A stretch of 64,000 bases of DNA. It comes from an uncultured bacterium (lineage in GTDB: Bacteria; Nitrospirota; Thermodesulfovibrionia; Thermodesulfovibrionales; CALJEL01). This document shows positions 9,302-18,078 of the stretch, one piece after another; the stretch's first letter is position 1; each line of letters starts with the position of its first letter. The stretch lies in assembly GCA_938074335.1 (NCBI GenBank), contig CALJEL010000023.1:1554-65553 (forward strand), read 5' to 3'. The position numbers were made by a program, and so were the translations under genes. The notes under the pieces were generated by a model. That model searched no databases. It was not told the origin of the DNA and worked only from the letters and a program-made list of their open reading frames with translations.

Positions 9302-10820
9302 AGAGATACTCCTTATTATTGTCCTTTATTTATCCATAAACCTTCCTTTCATTGATTCCTATCCTCCCCTTGACTTGGTGGGTGATGAATCCTGGTATAT
9401 GAATTATTCAGTAAATCTTTTAAAGACAGGTTCACCATCAGGTACAATGTTCGTGAATACGCCATTTAATGAACTCACTCCATTTACAGCATGGTTTTAT
9501 AATGGCTTATTGAGCCTTTTTTTTCTGATCCTCGGAGCAGGAATAACTCAGGGAAGGTTTTTATCATTAATGGCTCAGATAGTTATCCTTTATTTTACCT
9601 ACAGAACAGGTTATGAGGTCTTTAATAAGAGGACAGGTATCCTTTCAGCCCTTCTGCTGGGGGGTTCTGTTTTCTTTGCCTTTGCACATCAGCTCAGACC
9701 CGAGGCTCTCTTTACTGCTTTAATGACCTTTTCTTTTTATCTATTCATAAGGTATTTAAGGGCCAGAAGACCAGCAATGATATTTCTTTCCTCTCTTACT
9801 GGTGGTCTCCTTATAGAAGTGCATCCTAATGGAGCGGTTTACCTTCTCTGCCTTCTTTTCCTTTATCTTTTATGGTTGCGAAGGGTCTTTCACAGAGATA
9901 CCCTATTTTTTTTAATGGGTCCCCTGATATCTTTTTTAATCTGGCTCAGCCTTAATTACCTTCCAGCCCCTTCATTCAGCTCTTTTAGGACAGTCCATCT
10001 TTCATATATGCCCTCTATAATGAAGGGACCAGGCTATTATCTTAAGAGCCTTTTAAATGCCCTGCTCGAAGACCCTGAGTTTTTGTTTAAAAGAATACCA
10101 CAAACCTTTATAAATAATTTTGACATAAGGCTATATCTCCTTGGAGGGATACTGGGACTTTCCTACTTCATCTTTAAGACTGAGGACAGAAGGAGCCTCT
10201 GGCTGATTCTATCAGGAGCAGCCTTTTTATGGATCTCTTCAATAATCCTTGGACTCGGTGTCTGTCAGCCTGTGTATTTTATTTATTTTATGCCCTTTTT
10301 TGCTATTACAGGCGCTGTAATAATTGAGAAGCTAATGAGAATGGGTGATAGCCTTAAAAAAGGCATAGGAGTACTACTGCTGTCTCTGATTATTACTGTA
10401 AATCTCTATGACCTGGTTGAGACGGGTATTTGGTCAAAAGAGATAAAAAAACAATATGACAGGGCATTGAAGGAGCTTTCTTCAGCACTGCCTGCTGGCT
10501 CAAGGGTGATGGGTATTACAAACTATTATCCTGTGCTTTATGATAGAGTGGGGTATTTTACCGTTTTATATGTCCAGAATAGCTGTCCTGACCTTGGTAA
10601 GTCCTTAAAGGGATTACACATAGATTATTTTATAAAGGATGAGGTGATAGAGCATATATTCCTGCAATGGTGCGGAAGTAGATACATTCAGTCTGTTGAT
10701 ACTTTTCTTTCTGAAGAGGCAGAATTATACAGGGTTATAAATATTGAAGGAGGCTATCCAAACTTTAATGCAAGGGGAAATTATATCAGGGAGATAAAGA
10801 TCTACAGGCTGAAGACCTGA
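9279..10820 (+). CDS. Polytopic membrane protein, ArnT/PMT-like GT-C glycosyltransferase candidate
   Basis: The 513-aa protein has more than 10 hydrophobic segments. The first loop carries LVGDESWYMNYS, a DE motif positioned as in ArnT/PMT-type enzymes. Its start overlaps the upstream gene by 23 nt. Confidence 0.55.
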   Translation: MKRCLDNKEILLIIVLYLSINLPFIDSYPPLDLVGDESWYMNYSVNLLKTGSPSGTMFVNTPFNELTPFTAWFYNGLLSLFFLILGAGITQGRFLSLMAQIVILYFTYRTGYEVFNKRTGILSALLLGGSVFFAFAHQLRPEALFTALMTFSFYLFIRYLRARRPAMIFLSSLTGGLLIEVHPNGAVYLLCLLFLYLLWLRRVFHRDTLFFLMGPLISFLIWLSLNYLPAPSFSSFRTVHLSYMPSIMKGPGYYLKSLLNALLEDPEFLFKRIPQTFINNFDIRLYLLGGILGLSYFIFKTEDRRSLWLILSGAAFLWISSIILGLGVCQPVYFIYFMPFFAITGAVIIEKLMRMGDSLKKGIGVLLLSLIITVNLYDLVETGIWSKEIKKQYDRALKELSSALPAGSRVMGITNYYPVLYDRVGYFTVLYVQNSCPDLGKSLKGLHIDYFIKDEVIEHIFLQWCGSRYIQSVDTFLSEEAELYRVINIEGGYPNFNARGNYIREIKIYRLKT

Positions 10821-12447
10821 AATATTTATTCTCAAACACCGAGCAGGCATTTTTGAGATTCCGCCATCGAACAGGATTATCTGGTTCAACCTCAAGCCAG
10901 AGCATGAGTTTCTGAAGGATGAGCTCCTTAACAGTATCTACAGGTACTTCCCTGAAAGGCTCTTCCTTTTTTGTTAATATGATACTATCTTCATCTGCAT
11001 ATATAACCTTCCAGTTTGGAGCACCTATAATAAGGTACAGAAGATTTAATGGCATGCCTGTGTCGGTTGTTACAGGGGGCAGTAGGATGAGATTAACATC
11101 ATATCTCATGAGTCTTTCTTGCCATTGATGGTCTGGTTTGAGAACTGTTTTAAAATAATCTTCCCATACAGAAAGTCTCAGGACCCTTCCATCAATAAAG
11201 ACCTTAAGCTTAGGCTCTTTCCATATTATATAGCCACCCCATTCAAAATAATTAAGAAGTCTTATATTCTTTGATGGGTATTCCACCCCTGGCAATATAT
11301 AATGGGAGATAAAATTCAATGCCTGCTCAGGATATATATCTTTCATTTTAAGGCTTAACAGCTCATCCCTGTGTATAAAGGCTGTAACAAGAAAAAGCCC
11401 TATTGAGAGTGAAAGTAGAAAACCTCTGAAGACTTCCATTACTGAACCCCTGAATTTTTTAAGCAGGGATTCCAGAGGTTTGGCACTAAACATGGCTGAG
11501 GCTATTATAAAAAAAGGAGAGAATCTAATAGCTGTTAGAGAAAAGAGCATGAGGCAGATGAGAAGGCTTCTATGCAGACCTGACATCTCATTGGATAAAA
11601 GACAGACCGTTGTAATTATAACAAATAACCAGTATTCAGGGTTCAACTCTTTCAGTTCTTTTAGCCTTTCAATGGGAGACATATATTCTGTGTTGTAATA
11701 AAAATGCAATGGTTTTTGAAACAATTGCTCACTCATAAGAGGAAAAACCTGATAGTTATTTGGGTTGAGAAGGGATATCAGTATGCTAAAGAATATAATC
11801 CCAGCCTGAAGATAATTTTTACCATTATATCCAGAGTTCTTTTTTAAAAAAACAGGTAACATAGAAACGAGATAGACAGAGGCAATGAATATCCCCATCA
11901 GGGCAGAGGAATGCATATTTGCCCAGAGTAGATTAATAAGTGGAAGGGTGAAGAGGGGTCTCTTTTGACCAGCTATGAGCGATTCCATTTCATGGATATA
12001 ACATGCTGTAAAGAAGAAAGAAAATATCTGGGGTCTATCTGTACTGTATCTTGCAAGGTGAATTCCTGCAAGAAGTAAGAGAGATACCTGGATTGTAAAG
12101 GATAAATTTCTCTTTTTCAGGTAATTTAATATTAAAAGCAGGATTAGCAAGAAGATTGCAGCCCTAAATATTGCAAGTCCTGGTATGCCTCCGAGCTTCC
12201 ATATCAGGAAGAAGATAGGCTGACTGAGCCAGTATTGTTTGAGAATAAAATGAAGCCTTGGCACCTCAGAATCTTTTAAATTTTCATAGGTTGTAAATGA
12301 AAAATTATCCTGCCCGGGTATGGAAAGTGTCTTGAGTGTCAACTCTCCTGTCTTTATATGCCAGAAAACATCTGTGTCACCAACAGGATGAAGATAAAGA
12401 ATGGCTATACCGAGAAATACTATAAGAAATCCTATTGTTTTACGCAT
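10786..12447 (-). CDS. Polytopic membrane protein, GT-C-like glycosyltransferase candidate (paralogue C of 3)
   Basis: Motifs are GDTDVFWHIKTG, DRPQIFSF, WANMHSS, LNPNNYQ and FEWGGY-x8-KVFIDGR. It is translationally overlapped by the upstream FGE-like gene. Confidence 0.6.
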   Translation of the reverse strand: MRKTIGFLIVFLGIAILYLHPVGDTDVFWHIKTGELTLKTLSIPGQDNFSFTTYENLKDSEVPRLHFILKQYWLSQPIFFLIWKLGGIPGLAIFRAAIFLLILLLILNYLKKRNLSFTIQVSLLLLAGIHLARYSTDRPQIFSFFFTACYIHEMESLIAGQKRPLFTLPLINLLWANMHSSALMGIFIASVYLVSMLPVFLKKNSGYNGKNYLQAGIIFFSILISLLNPNNYQVFPLMSEQLFQKPLHFYYNTEYMSPIERLKELKELNPEYWLFVIITTVCLLSNEMSGLHRSLLICLMLFSLTAIRFSPFFIIASAMFSAKPLESLLKKFRGSVMEVFRGFLLSLSIGLFLVTAFIHRDELLSLKMKDIYPEQALNFISHYILPGVEYPSKNIRLLNYFEWGGYIIWKEPKLKVFIDGRVLRLSVWEDYFKTVLKPDHQWQERLMRYDVNLILLPPVTTDTGMPLNLLYLIIGAPNWKVIYADEDSIILTKKEEPFREVPVDTVKELILQKLMLWLEVEPDNPVRWRNLKNACSVFENKYFRSSACRSLSP

Positions 12448-13259
12448 CTGAAACCAACACCACTTGGCATACTTTCAGGCATATCAAACATGCGGGCTCC
12501 AACTCTTATGGAATTGGCATTTCCAGCCCAGGACCCACCACGGATAACTTTATAAGTGCCAGTTTCTGGACCCTGCGGATTTCTTTTTGGAGACTTAATG
12601 TAATACTCGGGGTCATACCAGTCACTTACCCATTCAGCCACATTTCCTGCCATATCCCAGAGGCCATATCCATTCGGTGCATAGTTTCCGACCTGTCCTG
12701 TTGGCACAGGCAGGGCATTGTCCTTCCATATCCTGTTATAAACTATACCCGTTGTTGGATAGGCATTGCCCCATGGATAAAGCATTCCATCCAGTCCTCC
12801 CCTTGCTGCCTTTTCCCATTCTGCCTCTGTGGGCAGTCTCTTGCCAAGCCATCTGCAGTAGGCATCTGCAGCATACCAGGAGACTGAGTTTACAGGATGT
12901 CTCTCAAATCCCCTGACAGGTTTATAAACACCATCTTCATACACTATCTCAGCAGGCCACCAGTCCTTGCGTTCTTCTGTCTTGAGGTCAGACCTGAGGA
13001 CTATCCATTTTTTTCTCTCTGATTCATCGGGCTTTACTGAATTGAGAAACAGGGCAAACTCCTCATTTGTGACCTCATATTTATCAATATAAAAATCATC
13101 AAGATATACCCTGTGTGAGGGTTTTTCATTATCAGGATAAGGGCTCTTTGCTGGACTTCCCATAATGAATGTCCCAGCAGGTATGAGAACCATCTCCTCA
13201 GAGAGGGCAGGTTGATGTGACAAAATTAATATTAAAAGGACAAGAAAAAAGTTCACCAA
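12432..13259 (-). CDS. Secreted formylglycine-generating-enzyme (FGE/SUMF1-type) domain protein
   Basis: It has a signal peptide. Signatures are LIPAGTFIMGS, VSWYAADAYCRWLGKRLPTEAEWEKAARGG and VIRGGSW......R. Confidence 0.8.
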   Translation of the reverse strand: MVNFFLVLLILILSHQPALSEEMVLIPAGTFIMGSPAKSPYPDNEKPSHRVYLDDFYIDKYEVTNEEFALFLNSVKPDESERKKWIVLRSDLKTEERKDWWPAEIVYEDGVYKPVRGFERHPVNSVSWYAADAYCRWLGKRLPTEAEWEKAARGGLDGMLYPWGNAYPTTGIVYNRIWKDNALPVPTGQVGNYAPNGYGLWDMAGNVAEWVSDWYDPEYYIKSPKRNPQGPETGTYKVIRGGSWAGNANSIRVGARMFDMPESMPSGVGFRCVKQ

Positions 13260-13328
13260 AAATTATAGCATGTTATGTAAAGTTGGTGTTAATCACTCTA
13301 TTTTGCCATTAGAAAACTGGCAGGCTGC

Positions 13329-13344
13329 TGGCATACTCTTTGCT
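13329..13344 (+). promoter_or_regulatory. Sigma54-type -24/-12 promoter TGGCATACTCTTTGCT
   Basis: GG-N10-GC spacing. It lies about 180 nt upstream of the ATG at 13524. A second overlapping TGGCA occurs at 13318. Confidence 0.45.
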
Positions 13345-13470
13345 TTCTTTAAACCGGGATTTAAATCCCTTTATTTTTTTGATTTCTTAAAAAGGGGTTC
13401 AAATGAGCTCATTTTAAAGGGCTTTAATGAAACGAGACCCTATAGAGGGTGCTTTTTAAATATTCAAAAT

Positions 13471-13508
13471 TGTGTGAAAAGACGCTATTAATTGTGCTAT
13501 TTCACACA
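13471..13508 (+). promoter_or_regulatory. Inverted repeat TGTGTGAAA-N20-TTTCACACA in the leader, just before the RBS
   Basis: The two 9-nt arms are perfectly complementary and end 2 nt before AAGGAGG (13511-13517). It could be an operator or an RNA hairpin that occludes the leader. Confidence 0.4.
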
Positions 13509-13523
13509 GAAAGGAGGTTATTT

Positions 13524-13784
13524 ATGGGAACAATAACCTATTATGTGAGGGATGGTAAGAATACCCTGAGGGGTATCAAATTGACCTTATGCTGTGAGGA
13601 GGACTTTCAATATTTGAAAAACTCGGGTGTATCAATGCTAAGGAGGCTCAGACTCAGGAGATTTCTTAAGGAGGCCATGTCCCAGGGAGTTAAGTTGAGT
13701 TACAGGGACCTGAGCCTGCTATTACTTGCCTCAAAGGCAACACTAAAGAGGGATTTAAAAGCTGATGCAATTCGGAAGGATTGA
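13524..13784 (+). CDS. Small putative DNA-binding protein, DUF1670-like (copy 1, lacks C-terminal tail)
   Basis: AAGGAGG lies 6 nt before the ATG at 13524. The sequence LRRLRLRRFLKEAMSQGVKLSYRDLSLLLLASKATLKRDL resembles the HTH-like core that I recall for the DUF1670 family. Confidence 0.45.
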   Translation: MGTITYYVRDGKNTLRGIKLTLCCEEDFQYLKNSGVSMLRRLRLRRFLKEAMSQGVKLSYRDLSLLLLASKATLKRDLKADAIRKD

Positions 13785-14118
13785 ATATTTCCTCAAGAAT
13801 GGCTCTGCCAGGAAAATTTTCCTGACAGTTGTAGGCCAGTCTGATGAGGAGGTTCTTAAAAGAGAGGGTCTGAGAGGACTCAGACTCAGGAGGATCCTCA
13901 GGCTTACAAGAGAGGCTGAGGAGCAAGGAGCCCTTTTAAGCTATGAAGACCTCTCTGCCCTTCTTCTTACATCAATTTCAACATTAAAAAGAGATATTGT
14001 TTATCTTGAGAGACTTGGCAATAAAGTGCCTTTAAAAGGAAGAAGAAAAGACAAAAATAAGATTATTGAAAGTATTCAATATGTGAAAGAAGCACAAAGG
14101 GATGTTACTGATTTATAA
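13765..14118 (+). CDS. Small putative DNA-binding protein, DUF1670-like (copy 2, full length)
   Basis: It is a tandem paralogue of copy 1 (LRGLRLRRILRLTREAEEQGALLSYEDLSALLLTSISTLKRDIVYLERLGNKVPLKGRRKD). It overlaps copy 1 by 20 nt in another frame. Confidence 0.45.
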   Translation: MQFGRIEYFLKNGSARKIFLTVVGQSDEEVLKREGLRGLRLRRILRLTREAEEQGALLSYEDLSALLLTSISTLKRDIVYLERLGNKVPLKGRRKDKNKIIESIQYVKEAQRDVTDL

Positions 14119-15997
14119 ACATAAATATCCTGTTATAATTGCAGTAAGCATATTATTGCTAATGGTAACATTTATTATGCCTACAACAATATATGCCAGA
14201 AGGGTATCCCTTCCAACAAAATATGTACTTTATGGTGTTGCAAGTCTTGAGTATGAAAAGGAATGGGTTTCTGACTCCAATATTTCAGAGGACTATTTCA
14301 CTCAGAACTATCAGCTTGGAATTACAGGCCCTATTATTGACCCAAGGCTTGTGACTTTTGATATAAATGGAACATTTACAGACAGGTCGAGCGATATAAA
14401 TAGTTCTTTAAAGGGATTTAATGCAACCCTAAGGTTATTAAATTTTGGGCTTGTAAAAAAAGAAAGATATAATTATCTTAATTACTTACCAAGACCTGTT
14501 GTCCTGAGATATTCAAGATACGATGGAAGCAATTTTGAGAGCACATCCTATGGTATAAGCACAGGATATTACCTGCCTTTTAATATTAATCTTTTTGGCG
14601 GTAATAGGCTCTTAAGTTTCAGAAGTATATTTGCCCAACCCCAAAGATTAAAATTTAACCAGCAGATAAATAGCTCGCAGAATGAAAATGCTAATGGTAA
14701 TGCTAACGGTAATGCCAATGCCAACAATGGCCAGCAACAGTCTCAGCAGATAAAAAAGATTCCATATGAAGGAATAAATATACCCTTCCCGGTAATAAAT
14801 TTTGATTTTGACAGAAATATATATAAATCTGAAGATTATAAAACTGTCACAACAGTTTATGATACAAGGATGAGATTTGGAAGCAAAAAATATGAATACA
14901 CCCTCGGATATTTTTTTAGTCTTAATGAGGATAGTCGTAATCCTTATGATAGAGAACAGAATGTCTTTACAATAGATACAAAGAATAAACTTTCGGCCTG
15001 GGTGTTAGAAAACAGGTTCAGAAAGGAAAAGACTGCAGAAATAAATACTTTTAATTCCCATAGTCTTGACACAAGATTATACCGCTACTTCCAGAAAGAT
15101 TTAGACACCTCTTATTCTCTCTCTTTTGGAGGTGGCTATAGACAAACTGAAGGATATACTGGAAACTCGGAAAGTAAGAATATTGGTGCAGGTGGCACGA
15201 TGAGCAAAAAGCTTTCACCCTATCTTAGGTCTAATACTGGTCTTTTTATTAATTATCAGGAAACTTCTAATAATTCATCTGACAACAGGGATTCTACTTA
15301 TAATCTAAATATTTCAGAGACTCTCAATTATAGTGGGTTTAGAGGTATATTATTTACAGGTAGTTTAAATGGAGGATATTCAGATGAGGTTGTACCTTAT
15401 GGAGCAAGCTTGGGGTTTATAACTACAAAATGGAGGAGATTAAATCTGAGCGGTCATTATCAATATGATGCCTTTAAGGATAAGGATAATGATACCTATA
15501 CTCAAAAACATCAGTTAAGATATAATGCATCAGCTATGCTAAGGCAAAATATGTCAATTAATGCAGGGGTTACTAATTCTATTGCCCTTATTGATGATAA
15601 ATATCATGATATTTCTTACTCAGAAAGAACACAAGGTTTTGATCTACATTTAAAATGGTTTTATAGAAGACATAATATTGATATATCAGGTAATATCACA
15701 AGAACAACCACCACAAATCCAGCCACCTCAACCCCAGAATCAAATATATATGGCTACAGGATACTTTATAATACCTCCTTTATTAGGAGAACCCTCTATT
15801 CAATTTATTTTACCCAAGATATTGACAAAACAAATGATAAATCTGTTGCCGACCTTAAGACAGCCTTTTCATGGTATTATGGAAAGTTTATGTTTACAGC
15901 AGATTATGAGCTTAAAAATACTAAGGATAATCAGTCTGATGTCACAGAACACAGAATCTTTTTAAAAGTAAGCAGGTATTTCAGAAAGATTTTATAA
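14102..15997 (+). CDS. Large predicted outer-membrane beta-barrel protein
   Basis: Signal peptide ends ..IMPTTIYA. Over about 600 aa it shows many alternating amphipathic strands rich in Y, N, S, T and G (YTLGYFFSL, YSLSFGGGYRQ, LNLSGHYQYDAF, FDLHLKWFY, FMFTADYELK, RIFLKVSRYF). No cysteines or haem motifs. Confidence 0.6.
   Translation: MLLIYKHKYPVIIAVSILLLMVTFIMPTTIYARRVSLPTKYVLYGVASLEYEKEWVSDSNISEDYFTQNYQLGITGPIIDPRLVTFDINGTFTDRSSDINSSLKGFNATLRLLNFGLVKKERYNYLNYLPRPVVLRYSRYDGSNFESTSYGISTGYYLPFNINLFGGNRLLSFRSIFAQPQRLKFNQQINSSQNENANGNANGNANANNGQQQSQQIKKIPYEGINIPFPVINFDFDRNIYKSEDYKTVTTVYDTRMRFGSKKYEYTLGYFFSLNEDSRNPYDREQNVFTIDTKNKLSAWVLENRFRKEKTAEINTFNSHSLDTRLYRYFQKDLDTSYSLSFGGGYRQTEGYTGNSESKNIGAGGTMSKKLSPYLRSNTGLFINYQETSNNSSDNRDSTYNLNISETLNYSGFRGILFTGSLNGGYSDEVVPYGASLGFITTKWRRLNLSGHYQYDAFKDKDNDTYTQKHQLRYNASAMLRQNMSINAGVTNSIALIDDKYHDISYSERTQGFDLHLKWFYRRHNIDISGNITRTTTTNPATSTPESNIYGYRILYNTSFIRRTLYSIYFTQDIDKTNDKSVADLKTAFSWYYGKFMFTADYELKNTKDNQSDVTEHRIFLKVSRYFRKIL
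14681..14749 (+). repeat. Low-complexity coding repeat (NENANGNANGNANANNGQQQSQQ) inside the OMP gene
   Basis: Imperfect tandem aat-gct/gcc-aat-ggt units followed by a CAG/CAA run. Confidence 0.7.
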
Positions 15998-16009
15998 CGT
16001 GGAGGAAAG

Positions 16010-16972
16010 ATGAAAAAGTTTTTAAGATGTGGATTCCTTATCACAATTTTGCTGTACAGTTATGGAGTCTTTGGCTCTGACCAGACTGTAGCTGTGGTAA
16101 ATGGAGTGACTTTAACAGAGTCTGATCTTCAAAGGATTATTAATGAGTTGCTTCCAGCTACTTTTTATCATCAGACAATAACATCTGAAAAAAAGGCAGA
16201 GCTCAGGAAAAAGGCAATTGACGAGCTTATAAAAAGGGAGCTTTATTATCAGGAGGCAAAAAGGGTGGGGATAAAGGTTGACAAATCAGAAATTAACCAG
16301 GGACTTGAGAGTATTAAGAAGAGATTTAAGTCCAAGAAGGAATATAAAGATGCCCTCAAGCAGGCAGGCATAACAGAGGATGACCTGAAGAAAGACATAG
16401 AGCGGAATCTATTAATCCAGAAGTTTTATCAGAAAGAGGTGATTGAGAAGTCAAAGGTGTCTGATGAATATCTTAAGGACTACTATGAAAAGAACAAAAA
16501 GGATTTCTTGAGACCGGAGGCGGTGCACATAAGACATATTCTTATAAAGATTGAACCTACTGCAACAGAAGAACAGAAGAAGGAAAAGAAAAGACAGGCA
16601 AAGGAGATCCTCAGTAGGGCAAGACAGGGAGAAGACTTTGGAATGCTTGCCTATAATTATTCTGCTGATGACTGGCGTGTAAAAGGAGGAGACCTTGGTC
16701 TGATTCACAGGGGTAGACTCCTTCCAGAACTTGAGGAAGTTGCCTTTAAACTAAAGCCTGGAGAGATAAGCGACCTTATAGAGACAATTTATGGTTTTCA
16801 TATAATAAGATTAGAGGAGAAACTTCCTCCAACACAGTTAAGTTTTGATGAGATAAAGGATAATTTAAAAAAAGAAATGGAGAAGAAAAAACAGAGGGAT
16901 CTTGAAGAAAATCTAATTAAGCTCCTGAAAGACAAGAGCGAGATAAAGATAGTAGAGAGTAGTAATGACTGA
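16010..16972 (+). CDS. Periplasmic SurA/PpiC-type peptidyl-prolyl isomerase chaperone
   Basis: It has a signal peptide and a canonical parvulin core (VHIRHILIK...GEDFGMLAYNYSADDWRVKGGDLGLIHRGRLLPELEEVAFKLKPGEISDLIETIYGFHIIRL). Confidence 0.85.
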   Translation: MKKFLRCGFLITILLYSYGVFGSDQTVAVVNGVTLTESDLQRIINELLPATFYHQTITSEKKAELRKKAIDELIKRELYYQEAKRVGIKVDKSEINQGLESIKKRFKSKKEYKDALKQAGITEDDLKKDIERNLLIQKFYQKEVIEKSKVSDEYLKDYYEKNKKDFLRPEAVHIRHILIKIEPTATEEQKKEKKRQAKEILSRARQGEDFGMLAYNYSADDWRVKGGDLGLIHRGRLLPELEEVAFKLKPGEISDLIETIYGFHIIRLEEKLPPTQLSFDEIKDNLKKEMEKKKQRDLEENLIKLLKDKSEIKIVESSND

Positions 16973-17046
16973 TTATTTTTCAGAAAACGAGGAATATAAG
17001 GTATCGTGCTTTTGATTAAAATAATTGAGAAGATAGGAGGCTGCTG

Positions 17047-18078
17047 ATGTCCCCTTTCCTCCGCTCACTCCCCATGTGGCTTCTGTTTTTTTTGTTCGGT
17101 TGTGCTCCTTCCTTTACCATTTCTCGAATTGATACAACCGCCTCAGGCGGGATTTTATGGCCGGGAGAGCCAGAAAAACCAAGGATACGGTATTTATGGA
17201 GTTTACAACAGGTGAACTATATTGAAGGTAAAAGTATTAAAGACATTATTCTGGGTTATGATAATCCTTATGAACCGAGGGAGTCACCTATCCTGCTGAG
17301 ACCACAAGGAGTATATGTTGATCAGAAAAGATATTATATAGCAGACCCGGGTGCTGGAAGGGTTACGGTAATCGATAGAAAAAATATGAAGACCTTTCAA
17401 ATTATTTATGCTGGTGCAGAAGAGCTTCAGTATCCGATAAGTGTAGTTTCTGATAAAGATGGTTATATATATATATCAGATCCTGAATTAAGGAGGGTAA
17501 TAAAGTATAGGTTTGATGGTAACTTTATAGCATATTTTAAAGGAGAATTCTTAAGACCCTCCGGGCTTGCTATTGACAGATTGCGAGATATTATATATGT
17601 AACTGATACCCTTTCTCATAAAATTTATATATACAACTCCTCTGGAGAGAGGCTTGGCGAGATTGGAAGGCGTGGAGAAGGGGATGGTGAATTCAATTAT
17701 CCAGGTTACCTTTTTGTTGACCGTAATGGCAATCTCTATGTGAGTGATTCTCTTAATTTCAGGATACAGATATTTGGTCCTGATGGGAAATTTATAAAGA
17801 AATTCGGTGAACCAGGTGATGCCTATCATACCCTTGAAAAACCAAAGGGAGTAGCAGTTGACACAGAGGGACATATCTATGTGGTTGATGCTGGAAAAGA
17901 TATGGTGAAGATATTTGACAGGGATGGAAGGCTATTATTATTCTTTGGTGAGAAGGGGCATGAGTATGGAAAATTTTATCTTCCAGCAGGTATATTTATT
18001 GATATAGAGAATATTATCTATGTGGCTGATACAATCAACATGAGAATCCAGGCATTTCAATTTCTTGGAGGTGATTAA
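17047..18078 (+). CDS. NHL-repeat six-bladed beta-propeller lipoprotein
   Basis: GGAGG lies 7 nt before the ATG, and the lipobox is FLFG-C. Six NHL blades (YYIADPGAGRVTVID, IYISDPELRRVIKY, IYVTDTLSHKIYIY, LYVSDSLNFRIQIF, IYVVDAGKDMVKIFD, IYVADTINMRIQAF). Confidence 0.85.
   Translation: MSPFLRSLPMWLLFFLFGCAPSFTISRIDTTASGGILWPGEPEKPRIRYLWSLQQVNYIEGKSIKDIILGYDNPYEPRESPILLRPQGVYVDQKRYYIADPGAGRVTVIDRKNMKTFQIIYAGAEELQYPISVVSDKDGYIYISDPELRRVIKYRFDGNFIAYFKGEFLRPSGLAIDRLRDIIYVTDTLSHKIYIYNSSGERLGEIGRRGEGDGEFNYPGYLFVDRNGNLYVSDSLNFRIQIFGPDGKFIKKFGEPGDAYHTLEKPKGVAVDTEGHIYVVDAGKDMVKIFDRDGRLLLFFGEKGHEYGKFYLPAGIFIDIENIIYVADTINMRIQAFQFLGGD

Noticed and set aside
12435-12916. 150-aa and 79-aa plus-strand ORFs opposite the FGE-like gene
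   Set aside because: They are antisense to a gene with clear FGE-domain signatures, and their sequences are Cys/Pro/Ser-rich nonsense without motifs.
13270-13491. 73-aa ORF upstream of the DUF1670-like genes
   Set aside because: It spans the sigma54 promoter and the leader inverted repeat. It has no SD and no recognisable features, so it is more likely untranslated leader.
13524-14118. Possibility that the two DUF1670-like ORFs are one gene broken by a frameshift
   Set aside because: The two ORFs align to each other as complete parallel units, so they are tandem paralogues rather than the N- and C-terminal halves of one protein. I kept them as two genes. The missing tail of copy 1 means a recent truncation cannot be excluded.
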